Assembly: GCA_024679065.1 (NCBI GenBank)
Contig: JAGIQG010000008.1
Span: forward strand, 85,746,001-85,810,000
Direction of reading: 5' to 3'
DNA length: 64,000 bases
From: Sphyrna mokarran
Taxonomy: Eukaryota
In this document: positions 63,551 through 64,000 of the stretch, in pieces
Numbering within the stretch: position 1 is the first letter of the stretch
How the letters are laid out: the number at the start of each line of letters is the position of its first letter
Position numbers and translations under genes: made by a program
The notes under the pieces: generated by a model
What the model saw: only the letters and a program-made list of their open reading frames with translations
What the model was told of the DNA's origin: nothing
The model's database searches: none

Positions 63551-63735
63551 TCAGAAACAGAAAATGCTGGAAAATCTCAACAGTTCTGACAGCATCTGTG
63601 AAGAGAGAACAGAGCTAACGTTTCTAGGCTGGATGACCTTTGTAAGAACTCAACTTCAGAAAATAAGATGAGATTTACAATGTTGTGGTGAGGAGGCAGG
63701 GAAGATTTTCCAGCACTTGTTTCAGATTTCACCGT
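63551..63735 (-). mobile_element. Penelope-like terminal fragment
   Basis: acagaaaatgctggaaaatctcaacag...gacagcatctgtg...gagctaacgtttc...ggatgacc. Confidence 0.6.
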
Positions 63736-64000
63736 TTACAGTGATTTTCTTTTTGCTTTATAGGATCTGTTGGAGGCACTAAAATAAAAGAATTATGAAA
63801 TCCATGGCCAAAATACAGATGTGGTTTCTCCTGTGCATTACCAACATGGCCTGTTTTAAATACTCCTCATGAACAAAAGCCAAAATCTACTTCACTGTTC
63901 CTTCGGTACCTGACCAGGCTTCATTGCAGTGAAAGGTATTTCTCTGCTGCAATATCATTCAACTGGTACCTGTCCTAAAATAATTCAGCTTCACTTCATT

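Noticed and set aside
33300-64000. Terminal exons of otogelin, the upstream neighbour of MYOD1 in mammals
   Set aside because: No cystine-knot or VWF-type exon was recognised in the ORF track or by eye. The region appears intergenic, though short exons could be missed.

Overview
Eukaryotic genomic DNA, very likely a cartilaginous fish (shark). This is inferred from the HE1/V-type SINEs, Deu-type SINEs, CR1 LINEs and Penelope ends, plus a vertebrate MyoD. Two protein-coding genes could be reconstructed, both on the minus strand with canonical GT-AG splice sites. (1) myod1: 3 coding exons (10398-9889, 9467-9392, 8878-8637), 275 aa. (2) A divergent ferritin-family gene directly upstream (24545-24378, 17348-17202, 15462-15163), 204 aa. 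It has a basic NLS-like N-terminal extension, a destroyed ferroxidase centre, no third intron and no visible IRE, so it looks like avian ferritoid (a nuclear ferritin transporter). Upstream of it is a 26-bp minisatellite with a conserved ~20-nt core and a ~6-nt variable cassette (~90 + ~19 units). The minisatellite is split by a CR1 LINE whose 3' UTR carries a captured V-SINE body. The rest of the window is transposon-rich, gene-poor DNA: CR1, L2, RTE, Vingi-like and Harbinger relics, a solo LTR, several SINE families, and Penelope ends with decayed hammerhead ribozyme motifs. Repeat boundaries are approximate and were read by eye. Repeat-family names are from recall, not from a database search.
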